From a virus, in IMG/VR virus record IMGVR_UViG_3300025789_000020: 64,000 nt of DNA; one strand, 5' to 3'. Within the stretch, counting starts at the first letter, position 1. Every line of letters begins with the position of its first letter. The notes beneath the pieces were generated by a model that searched no databases, was not told where the DNA came from, and saw only the letters and a program-made list of their open reading frames with translations. Shown piece after piece: positions 37,001 to 49,000 of the stretch. The translations under genes were made by a program, and so were the position numbers.

Positions 37001-39948
37001 GTGGCGGCACAACTACGTATGTTACACTTGCATCAAATGATCAAAATACTATCACAAACTATTTTGGTATGAGATTAATTGTTACTTCTGGTACAGGTGT
37101 TGGCCAGTACGGCTATATTCAATACTACAACAGCAGTACAAAAGTTGCGTATATCTGTAGAGAAAGTTTCCCTCAAGTAACTACTACTGGATCTAGCTCA
37201 GCTGGAAACACAATATCTTGTTTATCAACTTCTAGTTTGCAAGTTGGCCAGGGGATTATGTTTGCTCCAAGTACTCAAACTACTGCGGCAGTTTCATCAT
37301 CTTCAGTGGATAATACTATCACACTAAGTAGTACTGCGGGCATGTTTGTTGGTGAGAATATTTCATTTGCAGTTAACCCAACGTACTCGATTATCTTTGC
37401 TGGCGTAAGTCCCGGAACAAGTTATTTTATCTATTCAATTAATGGTAATAAAATCCAGCTATCGACTACATTACCTACTACTGCTGGTGGTACTGGTGGT
37501 ATCCTTGGTATTTCTACATATGCTGGTTCTGCTAACATGATTGTTACTGCACAGGGTGTTATTGGTGGAATTGTCTGGGGAACACCTTATTGGGTATTGA
37601 CTAATAATACTACTTCTAATCAGATTACAATTAGTGCAACTGCTCCAGGAACATTTAATGGAACCAGTAATAGCACACAAACTATTAGCGGAGTCACTAG
37701 TACTGTTGGTATTATTGTTGGCGGTGCAGTCACTGGCCCAGGTGTTCCAGCAGGAACTACTGTATTGACTACTGGTATCAACACAGTTACATTAAGTGCC
37801 GCAACTACTACTAGCCAAACAGCTACTTTCACATTTGCCGGCGTAGTAGTTACAGTAATTACTAGTAACGGAAATTCTTTTATAGGGGCTGTTGGCTTTG
37901 ATAATATTCTTCCAGGCCAACCTATTGCCGCAACACTAGATTCAACTACAGTGTATTCTGTTGAACCTCGAGTAACTTTTTCAAATCCTGGATTTACCAC
38001 AGCTCAACAGTCGTTACCTGCAACTAGTACTTGGAGTGCAATGACTTACGCTTTAGGAACTTTTGTTGCAATTGATCAAACGCAACAAGTTGCATTGTCG
38101 ACCGATGGAAAAAATTGGGTTTCAGCTATATCTCCTCCTACTGCCTTAACTGGCGGCGCAACATGGAATGCTATGAGCTTTGGCCAAGGTTTCTTTGTTG
38201 CTGTCGCAGGAGGCTCAAGTCTAAGTAACATAACTTCGATATCAAATACTGGAGCATCATGGTCTGCTGGTGGTAACATGCCAGTAGCCGCTAACTGGTC
38301 AGCATGTACAGCTGGTAACGGTACATTTGTTGCAGTAGCAAGCGGAAGTACATATTCTGCTACCTCTACAAGCGCAACTTCGTGGTCTAACGGAGGCTCA
38401 TTACCAAGTGCATCTAACTGGACTAGTGTTGCATACGGTTCGATTGGTACTTGGGTAGCAGTATCAAGCGGTAGTGCAAATGCAGCCTATTCTACTACTA
38501 ACGGAAGTTTATGGACTGCATGTACATTGCCAGCAAGTAGTACATGGATATCAGTAGCATGGGGTAACGGCAGATTTGTAGCAATAGATCAAACTAACCA
38601 AGTAGCGTACTCCTTTGACGGTATCACATGGACTTTAAACACTTTACCAACTACACAAACTTGGACTAGTTTAACATATGGACAAGGCTTATTCTTTGCA
38701 GTTGCGACAAACACTAGTGTAGCAGTAACTAGTCAAGATGGCCTATACTGGACTATGCAAACTATGCCAGTTAGTTCTACATGGAGTGTAGTAACATTTG
38801 GTAACCCTACAACACTAGCAGGCGCTGTTACACCAATATGGGCGGCAATTTCTAATGCATCATCAAACGTTGCAGCCAGCATACAAACTGGTGCTCAAGC
38901 TATTGGACGAGTTGTAGTAGCAAGTGGTAAACTTAGTTTAGTAAAATTATATGAACCAGGTAGTGGTTATCAAACAACACCAACAGTTACTATATACGAC
39001 CCTAATGCTACACTAGCGGTAACAACTACCTGTAGAACAGCGACCGGAGTATTAGGTAATCCTACATTCTTGAATAGAGGTAATGGCTATCAAACATCAA
39101 CTACTACAGTTGCAGTCAACGGTAACGGATTTGCAGATATACTACAATCTAGTCAATACTTGTATGTTAGCGGACTATCAGCATCACCTACACCAGGTGC
39201 GGCGTTGACTATTAGTGGTAATGGGCTTTTATATCGAGTGGTAGTTATAACTCCGCTAGGTAATGGAAATTATTATTTTCAAATTGCGGCTAGCTTGACT
39301 ATTAGTCTAGCACCGGCACACGGAACAACAATTAGTATTCGATTAAAATACAGTCAGTGTAGAATTACTGGACACGACTTCTTATATATCGGTACTGGTA
39401 ATAAGGCATTAACAAATTACCCGAACGTTAATCCGTTGAACGCGGCTAGTTATAAACAAATTGCTGAAAACAACAGTGGACGAGTATTCCAAACATCAAC
39501 AGACCAAGACGGTAACTTTAAGGTCGGTAACTTGTTTGCGGTTCAGCAAGCATCTGGTATTGTTACAATTTCAGCTAACCAATTTAGTTTAGCTGGTTTA
39601 ACAAAACTAGTAATTGGCGGATTATCAGCAGGTGCAAACTCTGTAACAATTAACAGTTTTTCAACAGACAGTTATTTTGTTGCAAACAGTGACTCAGTAG
39701 TTCCTACTCAAAAGGCAGTTAAAGCATATCTTGCAAGAAATATTGCTGGTGGTGGTTCTAATGCACAAACTGGAGCTGTTATTGCTGGTACAGTTGGAGT
39801 AGGCGGATCACAGAAAATTTATTCAAGCGTAGGACAACAGATATTAATGAGAGCAACTTTAAATATCAAAGGTCCTAATGCTGGTATTAATGGAGTAATG
39901 CTGGCTCATGCAATATTCGCTAGCAGTTTCACTGGTAATGCGGCTTGA
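34039..39948 (+). CDS. Giant multidomain tail fibre/adhesin (1969 aa)
   Basis: N-terminal W..Y..GD.V.YGG..Y.C...H repeats (CBM5/12-like), pectin-lyase-like beta-helix (GDELRGTVIQP, SPYCQNVT), W..V.YG.G.FVAV propeller blades, HDFLYIGTG C-terminal region. Confidence 0.75.
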   Translation: MADFKISRIRFTWRGPWITGTVYAKDDVINYGGKSYVCVLANTASANFYTDSASWTLWFDGYTWKGVWAVGTLYNIGDYVTYGGVIYICTSGHTSAATTLLGLEANQSSWIIYALADEWSKHWLASTRYKKGDIVRYGPSLYRCNTGHQTAATLEANQSYWDVVSYSEDWKTDWVTSYQYKLGDVVRYGGIVYKCLTGHTSAPTVASGLEQDQSKWAVLHSGIDFKTNWATATRYKVNDIVKYGADLWFCNIPHTSTTTFSTTNFSLYVPGLEFSSTWSVSTSYVVGDVVVYGGYQYISATTNNQGNVPSTDSTDWKLLSKSYNIRGDYTATNYKVGDVVRRDGQLYVAIADNNGNDPTDTSAWQLLISGVQWRNIWATRSSYAPGDIVTFNGTAYVCKQLHSSTTNNSPLVDNTFTSLMITGATGTGALTTQTGSITATSGVNVTVSSSSGLHIGEPFVVAGTGGGGLTAGTYYVGNIIDGSTISLSATYLGALGTADISFSVASLTGTTFTATPSISGLSTVTFPTQSNAPYTPGASIIVSNTTPTGYNGKYTVIVCTNTTVSFPNLTTGFTTGGSVQNASVYWDRYAAGDQWVSIQNYGDIPTYNNNALNSALPTGNTAISIGTKGQLLRSNAQVTNGITNNSNVIPAWNNFGIIGKVYYVAMNGVDAVGNGTTVDTPWASVAYACQNVIGPATIFIKTGTYSEILPISLPAGVAIVGDELRGTVIQPAAGYSGSNMFYVRNGCGIRNMTLQGLVGGLTPANQYLTSRPTGGAFVSLDPGAGPSDTSVQITTKSPYCQNVTMFGTGCTGVKIDGTLHNAGNRSIVANDFTTIISDGIGAWCTGPSALTELVSVFNYYGHIGYLAEAGGKIRATNGNSSYGTYGTVAEGYDTTEVPLAGTVNNRSQQAQIQAAFAGQANNKILRLEFANAGQNYTTATYTFSGAGIGAVAIADEFRDLGIFEARISGPTDITAGGTGYLTAGNQAGGGTTTYVTLASNDQNTITNYFGMRLIVTSGTGVGQYGYIQYYNSSTKVAYICRESFPQVTTTGSSSAGNTISCLSTSSLQVGQGIMFAPSTQTTAAVSSSSVDNTITLSSTAGMFVGENISFAVNPTYSIIFAGVSPGTSYFIYSINGNKIQLSTTLPTTAGGTGGILGISTYAGSANMIVTAQGVIGGIVWGTPYWVLTNNTTSNQITISATAPGTFNGTSNSTQTISGVTSTVGIIVGGAVTGPGVPAGTTVLTTGINTVTLSAATTTSQTATFTFAGVVVTVITSNGNSFIGAVGFDNILPGQPIAATLDSTTVYSVEPRVTFSNPGFTTAQQSLPATSTWSAMTYALGTFVAIDQTQQVALSTDGKNWVSAISPPTALTGGATWNAMSFGQGFFVAVAGGSSLSNITSISNTGASWSAGGNMPVAANWSACTAGNGTFVAVASGSTYSATSTSATSWSNGGSLPSASNWTSVAYGSIGTWVAVSSGSANAAYSTTNGSLWTACTLPASSTWISVAWGNGRFVAIDQTNQVAYSFDGITWTLNTLPTTQTWTSLTYGQGLFFAVATNTSVAVTSQDGLYWTMQTMPVSSTWSVVTFGNPTTLAGAVTPIWAAISNASSNVAASIQTGAQAIGRVVVASGKLSLVKLYEPGSGYQTTPTVTIYDPNATLAVTTTCRTATGVLGNPTFLNRGNGYQTSTTTVAVNGNGFADILQSSQYLYVSGLSASPTPGAALTISGNGLLYRVVVITPLGNGNYYFQIAASLTISLAPAHGTTISIRLKYSQCRITGHDFLYIGTGNKALTNYPNVNPLNAASYKQIAENNSGRVFQTSTDQDGNFKVGNLFAVQQASGIVTISANQFSLAGLTKLVIGGLSAGANSVTINSFSTDSYFVANSDSVVPTQKAVKAYLARNIAGGGSNAQTGAVIAGTVGVGGSQKIYSSVGQQILMRATLNIKGPNAGINGVMLAHAIFASSFTGNAA

Positions 39949-39974
39949 TAACTAAAATGAAGATTTTAAGAAAA

Positions 39975-39982
39975 CATAAATA
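39975..39982 (+). promoter_or_regulatory. Late promoter CATAAATA
   Basis: Upstream of GGAG SD and ATG 40009. Confidence 0.6.
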
Positions 39983-40008
39983 CAACATAATGAGAATTGG
40001 AGCATTGA

Positions 40009-43000
40009 ATGGCTGAATTTAAACTAGGTAGAATTAAGTTCGTATGGCAAGGTAATTGGAGCGCATCCACTACCTATGTAAAAGACGACGTGGTACGCTA
40101 TGGCGGCCAAACGTATATGTGTGTCCTTGGACATACTGCAACTTCCAATTTTTATACGGACTTAGCTTCTGGTGATTGGCAAATAGTCAGTGATGGTTCA
40201 ACTTGGACCGGTGCTTGGGTAACTAGCACTTTTTATAAACTACGTGATATAGTTAGTTATGGTGGACGCCTTTATATTTGTAACACTCCGCACACATCTG
40301 CGGCAACTACAATTCTAGGGCTTGAAGCAAATCAAAGTAACTGGGATTTGTATGCCAGTTCTTTCAATTGGGTATCAGCTGGTTGGACTGTTAGTACAAA
40401 ATATAAAGTTAACGATATTGTCAACTACGGTGCTAATACATATATTTGTAATACCGCACACACTTCGGCTAGTACAACAGCACTAGGTCTTGAAAATGAT
40501 ATTTCTAACTGGGATATATGGACTAAAGGATTAGCTTGGACTGGTGCTTGGACTACTTCATATCGTTACAGAGCTAACGATATTGTATTATACGGTGGCA
40601 TTTCTTATGTGTGTAACACAGGGCATACATCTGCGTCTACAGCAACTTTGGGACTTGAAAATGATCAAAGTAAATGGGATTATCTACATAAAGGTATAAC
40701 ATACTTAGGAGCATGGAGTGGTAGTTCTGTTCGATACAAAGCAAACGATGTTGTTAAGTACGGCGCCGACTTGTGGATTTGTGGAACAGCACATACTTCT
40801 TCATCTACTTTTGCAACAGCTAACTGGTCAGTATGGATTGCAGGATTGCAATTTTATAACAGTTGGTCAAACGGCACAACATACCAAAACGGTGACATAG
40901 TAACATACGGTGGATACCAGTATGTATCACTAACTGTTAATACCGGAAGCACCCCATCAGCTACTTCAAGTGATTGGTCAATATTTACAACCGGCTTTAC
41001 TTTGTTAGGCGATTGGGTTAGCGGAACATCATACCAAACAGGTAACGTTGTTCGTCTAGGCGGTTATACTTATGTTGCTACATTAGACAATTCAGTTCAA
41101 ACAGTTACAGCAACAGCTACAACTAATACAACTGCATCAAATACTGGAGCGTTCATTACTGGTACTACAATGACCGCGGCAGGTACTCAGACAGGTACTT
41201 ACAGTGCAGGCATGACTTTAACTGGCGGAGCAGTTGCAGTAGGTACTACTATTACCACAGTTAATACAGCAACAATGGGCAATTCTAGTATTCTAGGACA
41301 GACATTAACAATCAGTGGAACAATTACTGGTACTATCAGTATTGGTATGGTTGTTACAGGCGGCGCAATTACTGCTGGTACATATATTACTGCTGGTAGT
41401 GGAACAAGCTGGACTGTTAACCAAACACAATCTGGAGTCTCATCTATCACTATTACTGGTACAAGTTATACTGTTAGTTCTTCACAATCAGTTTCATCGG
41501 CTAATATTACTGGTAGTATTAATGCTATTACAGTTGGATCAACTGCTAAATTATTACCTAATTTACCATTAGTATTCAGCGGTACAACTTTTGGTAATAT
41601 TGTAGCTAACACAACAACGTACTATGTTGGAACAATCATTAGTCTTACACAGTTTACAGTAAGCACATCATCAGGTGGATTACCATTTACACTAGTAACA
41701 GCTTCCGGCTCAATGACTGGAACAACAAATCCAACCCCTCCATTTACTGGTTACTGGTCAAGATTAAACAGCGGTATTCGTTGGAACCCAACAACACAGA
41801 CTTACTCTGCTATAAGCGGTACTAATGTTATAGGTAGCGGATCTAGTGCAACATTTAACGTTATCGCAAGTAGCACAACGTACACAGTGACCGTTGCTAA
41901 CGGGGGAACCGGTTATGCAAATACTAATACTATCAAGATTTTAGGAACTTCACTAGGTGGAATTAGTCCAGCAAACGATTTATTAATTACTGTTACTAAC
42001 GTATCAGGCGGTGTAATTCAATCAGGCGGAATTTCAACTACTGGTTATGCAGTAAGTTGGGCAACCGCTACTGGATACGTAGCAGGTGATACAGTTACTT
42101 TTGGTTCTAATAGTTATATTTGCGTGGCAGCTCATACCAGTGCAAGCGGAAACAGACCAGATGCAGATGTAACCGGTACCTACTGGAACGTACTAGCAGT
42201 TGGATCAGTGACTAACGTATTGACTACACAAGGCGATACAATTTATTATGGCGGCGCAGGTCCAACACGTTTACCAATTGGTACAGACGGACAAGTACTA
42301 CGCACATCTACAGTTGCTGGACAACTTACCCCTCAATGGGCATACTTTGGCGTTATTAATAATGTAGTGTATGTTGCTCCTACAGGAACTGACGTATTAG
42401 GTAATGGCCAAGGACAAACTCTTGATAAACCATGGCAGACTGTTCGATATGCAGCCTTGCAAGTTGAAAATGGTTACTTAAACACTAGTGCTCAAGCATT
42501 GCTAGCTAAGAACAAACAGTTTATGATGAAAGAAATTACAAACTTCATCATCTATAACTACACTGTTACAATTACAGCCACAACAGGCGGATCTCCAGGC
42601 ACTGGCACTAACAGTACTTTTACTTGTAACTCAACGGCCTACTTGTCATTGTACATGCCAATTGTTTTTAGCGTAACCTCAGTGAACGTTACCGCAGGTG
42701 TTACATATTATATTTCTAACATTGTTGATGCAACACACTTTTCTATCAGTACATCCTACGGTGGAACTACACAGGCGTTAACAGCTACAGGAAATATTGG
42801 ACAAACTGCAACACTAGTTTATAATTCAGCAAAGTGTGAGAGAGATGTTGGATACTTAGTAGATGCCGCTATATTTGATATTGGGCACGGTGGAAATCAA
42901 AAGAATACCTCAGCCGCACAGTCATATTTTAACAGCACCGGCAATCCAATTACTACAAGTTTTGGTTATCAAATTTCACAAAGTGTAACAGCTTATACTT

Positions 43001-46000
43001 ACTTGAAGAACTCATTGTTTGCCGCAGTGTTAGGTAATACTGCTCCTAGTAGCAACTATCAAACATTGAATGGTATTAGTTCAGGCAACCAAGCAAAACA
43101 AATCATTGATGTTAGTTTAACAGCTGAAACAGGTTCATTGACTGCTGTACAAACCAATTTAAGCATTGTTACAAATGCTTTAACAGCAAGTTCTGGCGTT
43201 GTACTAACAGGAGTTGTGATTGCAGGCACTTCTGGACAATTGACAGTTCCAGCCGGTACATACACTGTTGGCGCTAGTATTTTAGTAACAGGTACCAATA
43301 CTGGTACTGGTACTATTAGTAGTAATACCATATATTATATTATGACAGGTGGTACTAATGTATCATCTATTCAAGTAACAAATAGTTATGCTAATGCTAC
43401 ATCTAGTCCAGCAGTTGCAGGTACTGTAACTGCCGCTGGAACAACTACTGGTTTAACTTTTACATTCTTCCCTGGAGTAACAGTTGCAGCCGCTCAATTA
43501 CCACAAACAAGCATTATGGTTAAAACTGGTAATTACAGTGAAATACTTCCAATTGTAGTTCCATCTAATACTGCTATTGTAGGCGATGAACTTCGTGGTA
43601 CAGTAATTCAGCCAGCTGGTGCAGTAGCTAATTTAGTTAATGATAAACCTAAATCAGTGTTGGCATTAACACGTACAAAAGCATTGTTAAGTAATCTAGT
43701 TACAAATACATCAATTACTCCAACAAGCGGTAACACTGCAAGCCAAGTAACTAGCCTTCCAGCTGGTGATACTGGTAGCACTGCTGCCGCAAATACTGTG
43801 ATTAATAGTACAGCGTTAATATCTAACATCTTTACTAACGGTTTAGCAGTTGCGCCAACTTATACATTTACTAATCCAACAAACTATAATACTAGTTTCT
43901 TAGTTGGTTACGGTGATGCTAAAGCACAGATTGTACAAAACTACAATTTTATTAAAGCACAAATTAGCCAATACATTTACAATAACTATCTAAGTGTTTA
44001 TAACGCAATTAACGTGGCAAACTGCCAACGTGACGTTGGTTACATCTTAGATGCGTTACAGTACGATATGACTTATGGTACTAACATGCAGACTAACATT
44101 GCTGGTAGTGCTTATTATTCATATGGTGTGTTAACTGAAGCCGCAACAGAAAAAGTTGCAACTATTGCCGCATACACTCAATTAAAATCAATCATTGGTC
44201 AAGTAGCAACAGCAACATTAGTAACTGCACAAACAGCAACTAATGCAAGTATTACTGGTTATACTATTGGTACAGCCTTGTATGTAAGCTCAACAGTTTC
44301 TGGAACAATTCAAGTCGGGCAAGTGATTACTGGCGCAGGTATTGCATCTAACACAATTGTTACTGCATATAACTCAGTTAGTTCTAACTGGACTATTAGT
44401 ATTAGCCAAACAGTTGGCTCTATTGGTTCACCGATAGCAATTACTGGAGCATATCCAACACAAGTACAAACAGGTACTGCTGGATCGGCAAATGCCGCAA
44501 TATATGCTCAAGCTAGAATTCAAAACATTATTGACTGGATTACTAACAATGCGCAAACAACTACAGTTGTAACTACTACAGGAAGTTCAATTGGACCTTC
44601 TAGTACTACATTAACTATTGGTACACTAGTAAGTGGAACAATTGCTGTAGGACAACTAGTAACTGGTACAGGTGTTGCACCTGGAACTTATATCACTGCC
44701 AACATTAGCGGTAGCGGTAATGGATCTACATGGACTGTAAGTGTTAGCCAGACAGTGGCTAGCAGTGCTATCGGGATGCAAAGTTCATTTACTCCAAGCG
44801 ATGCAGGTACCGTGGGACTAAGCAGTGCTAGTTTACAAACAGCGTTTAACGCATTGGTTGCTAAGAAAACAGAAATTCAAAGTGATACAACAGTTTGGGT
44901 ACAAAAGTATTTCCAATCATTGAACTTCAATACTGCAACTTGTTATAGAGATGCTGGTTATATTGTTGATGCACTATGTTATGACCTAGTGTTAGGAACT
45001 AACTTTAACAGTATTATTGTCGGTAAGTCTTATTATCGTGCAATTACTAGTGCGCAAACAGTATTATTAAATCAAACACAAGCAGAAATTGGAGCAATTG
45101 GATTTATTGGCTACAAGGCAAAATTAATTGCAGCCAGCGGTTCAGCCGCACAAGCAAGTGTGATGATAGATGATATTATTGCTACTATTAACGGACAAGT
45201 AACTACTACTGCAACTGCATTTAATTCTTCAGGTAATGTAATTACACTTGCTACAACAGTTGGTGTTTACGTTGGAATGCCAGTAGTGTTTACATCTGGA
45301 AGTCAAGGTGGTACTCAGCAAAATCAAACATACTGGGTATTAACTGTTAATAATTCAACTAATCAGATTACAATCACAGCTACCTACGCAAGTGCAAGCA
45401 CATTTACATTAACAACTGCGGCTTCTACAAACGTATCAGTTACTATTGGTGCTAACGTACAAACACACGGTACTTTAACATACAACAATACGTTAAGTAC
45501 AATTAATGGTGCAGAAATTATTAGAGCTAATATTAATTTCTTAGCTTATGAGTCAGCCGCTTATATTACTGCAAGCTATGGTGGAACAGTATCTGGTACA
45601 AATAGTACTGGAAATCTTATCACAACTACTGGCAATCATAATTTTGTTGCAGGCGATCCTGTTACATTTACAGGTACTGTTGGAATTAGTAACATCGTTG
45701 CAGGAACTCAATACTATGTATTAGCCGCTGGATTAACCGCTACATCGTTTGCTATTACTGCAACACAATTTAGCCTAACTCCAGTACAAATAACAACCGC
45801 AACACTTGGTAGTTTAACAGTTAGTTATTCTTATAACTTAGCTAAGTGCGTTAGAGATACAACATCATACTTAAATGCAATTATCTATGATTTAAACTTT
45901 ACTGGTAATTATAAATCATTACGTGCCGCACAACTGTATAATAATGCAGTCGGTGGATCAGTAACACAAAACATGTTCTTGTTACGTAACGGTACAGGTC

Positions 46001-49000
46001 TACGAAATATGACTATGACTGGATTGACTGGAACACTAGGTCCTGCAAATGCGTTCGGTACAAAACGTCCAACAGCAGGTGCTTACAGTTCGTTAGATAC
46101 AGGTTTTGGACCAAACGATAGCAATGTATGGATTTATGCTCGTAGCCCATACACACAAAACTGTACAATGTTTGGTTATGGTTGCGTAGGTATGAAAATT
46201 GACGGATCACTACATGCCGGTGGTAACCGTTCTATTGTTGCTAACGACTATACAACTATTCTAAGTGACGGTATTGGTGTATGGTGTACAGGTTCAAGTT
46301 CATTAACTGAGCTAGTTTCTGTGTTCTGTTACTACAGTTATGCTGGTTACCTAGCAGAGCTAGGTGGACGTATGCGTGCCACAAACGGTAACAGTTCATA
46401 TGGTACGTATGGTACATTAGCTGAAGGCGGTGATACTTATGAAGTTCCGGTGACAGCCGCTATCAATAACCGGTCTAGTCAAGCAACAGTTACTAACGTG
46501 TTTACAGATAGTACAAATGCAATCTACCGATTTGAATTCTTCAATGCTGGATCAGGTTATAACTCAGCCACATGGTCGATTGGCGGTACTGGTTATAATG
46601 CCGCAGTTGTTGCTAATGAATTCCGTGATAATGCAGTGTTTGAAGTTCGCCCATTAACAGGCGGCGCAAACTATGTTACACAGTCAAACGTAGCTCAGGC
46701 TGGTACACTATACCAGATCAACTTAGCCGCAACAGACAGTGCTATTAGTGCAGCCTACGTTGGTATGCGAATTAACTTAACTGGTGGTACCGGTAACGGA
46801 CAAACTGGTTATATTGTTAATTACAATTCAGGTACTAAATTAGCAAACGTTGCTAAAGAAAGTTTTGTTCCTATAACATTAACTTTATGCTCTACATCAA
46901 CATTTACTACATCTTCTAATACAAATACATTGTATGCGAACATGCCAATATATTTTAGTGGGTCAAGTACCTTTGGTGGCAATAACATTACTCCACTTAC
47001 TACAGTCTACTGGGTGATTGGTGCAAGTTTATCTAGCGGCGGTACAACATTCTCAGTGGCAGCAAGTAGCGGAAGTTCAACACCTGTAGTACTAACAGCA
47101 GGTAGTGGTACTATGCTAGTTAATGCCGCTGGGTGGGACCATGTTGTTCCTGGTACAGTTAACGCTACAAACTTAGACTTAACAACTACATACATCATTG
47201 AGCCAAGAGTAACAGCTAGTGCTCCTGGATTTACTCCAAGCCTTGGAACTCAAGTGGTTAATGCCGCTGGTTGGGCTGATGTTGCATACGGTGATACTAA
47301 CGTTACATATAACTCTGTATCTGGTACAATTGGATTAGGTACTGGTACATTAAGTAGTGGTACTGGAGCAACATTTACTGTTGTTCGTACAGGAGTTGCA
47401 TATGCTGTAACTATTGCTACTGGTGGTACATTATATACTATTGGTAATACTATAACACTTCCTGGCACAAGTTTGGGCGGTGTAAGTACAACTAACGATA
47501 TTACTATTATCGTTACAAATATAAACACTACTACTGGTGCTATTACTAACTTTACATATACTGGGGTAGGATCAGGTGGGTACTATGTTGCAATTACTTC
47601 TAACGGTAATGCAACACAGTACAGTGCTAACGGTACAACATGGACTGCAGGTGGTACATTATCATCTAGCACAACATGGACAGCTATTGCTTATGGCGGA
47701 GGCACATGGGTTGCTATTGCTAAAGGCGGAACACTTTCAAACTACGCAACGACTCCATTAACATGGACTGCAAGTAGTGCAATGCCTGCTACTGCAAACT
47801 GGAGTGCTATTGCTTACGGTAATGGTAGATTTATGGCAGTTGCATCAGGCAGTGCAAACGCAGCCTATAGTACCAACGGTCAAAACTGGACAAATACTAA
47901 CGCATTGCCATCTAGTTCTACTTGGAACGGTGTAGCATATGGTGGTACAATTTGGGTAGCTATTGCAGGCGGTGTTTCTGGTTCAACAGTAGCCGCTTCG
48001 AGTGCAGATGGTACAACATGGACTGCTAGAACACTTCCAAGTTCACAAAACTGGACTAGTGTATCATTTGGTAAAAACATATTTGTAGCAATTGCGGCTT
48101 CAACAACTGCTACTGCTTACAGTATTGATGGTATTACATGGAAGAGTTCAGGTGCAGGTATGGCTGTTAGCCTACCATGGAGCAAAGTTCGTTATGGTCA
48201 AGGTCTATTCTTGGCAGCACCAGCTTCACAAAACCAAACTATTACAGCAACATCTAGTACTAGTGCAACATTTGCAGGTTATATTAGTGCTGTAACAGGT
48301 ATAAGCGGAACAACTGGTACAGTATTAACAGTAACTGGTTCAGTAGTTGGTACAATTGCAGTTGGTATGAACCTAAGCGGTGGTGGTACACAAAATGGAA
48401 CTTACATTGTTTCAACAGGTACTGGATCAGGTGGTACTGGTACTTACAACGTGAGCATTGCTAACAACGTTGGTACAACTGGATCTCCAGCATCATTTAC
48501 AGGTGTAAACAATTTAATTACAGTAAGTTCAACTACTGGTATTGTTGCAGGTGAAACATTCATTCCCACAGCAGTTACACAAACTCCTACAGCTACAGCT
48601 ACAACAAACGCTACAGCTACAATGACTAGCTCAAGCATTGCTGTAACTACAGGTATTTTAACAGTTGGTACACTATCAACTGGTACAATATATGTTGGTA
48701 TGGTGTTAACTGGCGGTAGTATTGCAGCCGGAGTATATATTACTGCTAACATTAGTGGTACCGGTAACGGGTCAACATGGCAGACTAACACAACTACTGC
48801 ACAGTCTAGTACAACAATTACTGGTACATTAAGTTCAATTACAGTTTCTAGTACTGCTGGATTAGTACCAGGTGAAAGTTTTGTGTCTACATCAAGTACA
48901 CAGTCTACTTCGGTAGTATCAACTGCGGCTTCTAGTGCAAACATTACACTAGCAAACTCAACCGGTATTGCTGTTGGTGAACCAATTGTGTTTACAGCCG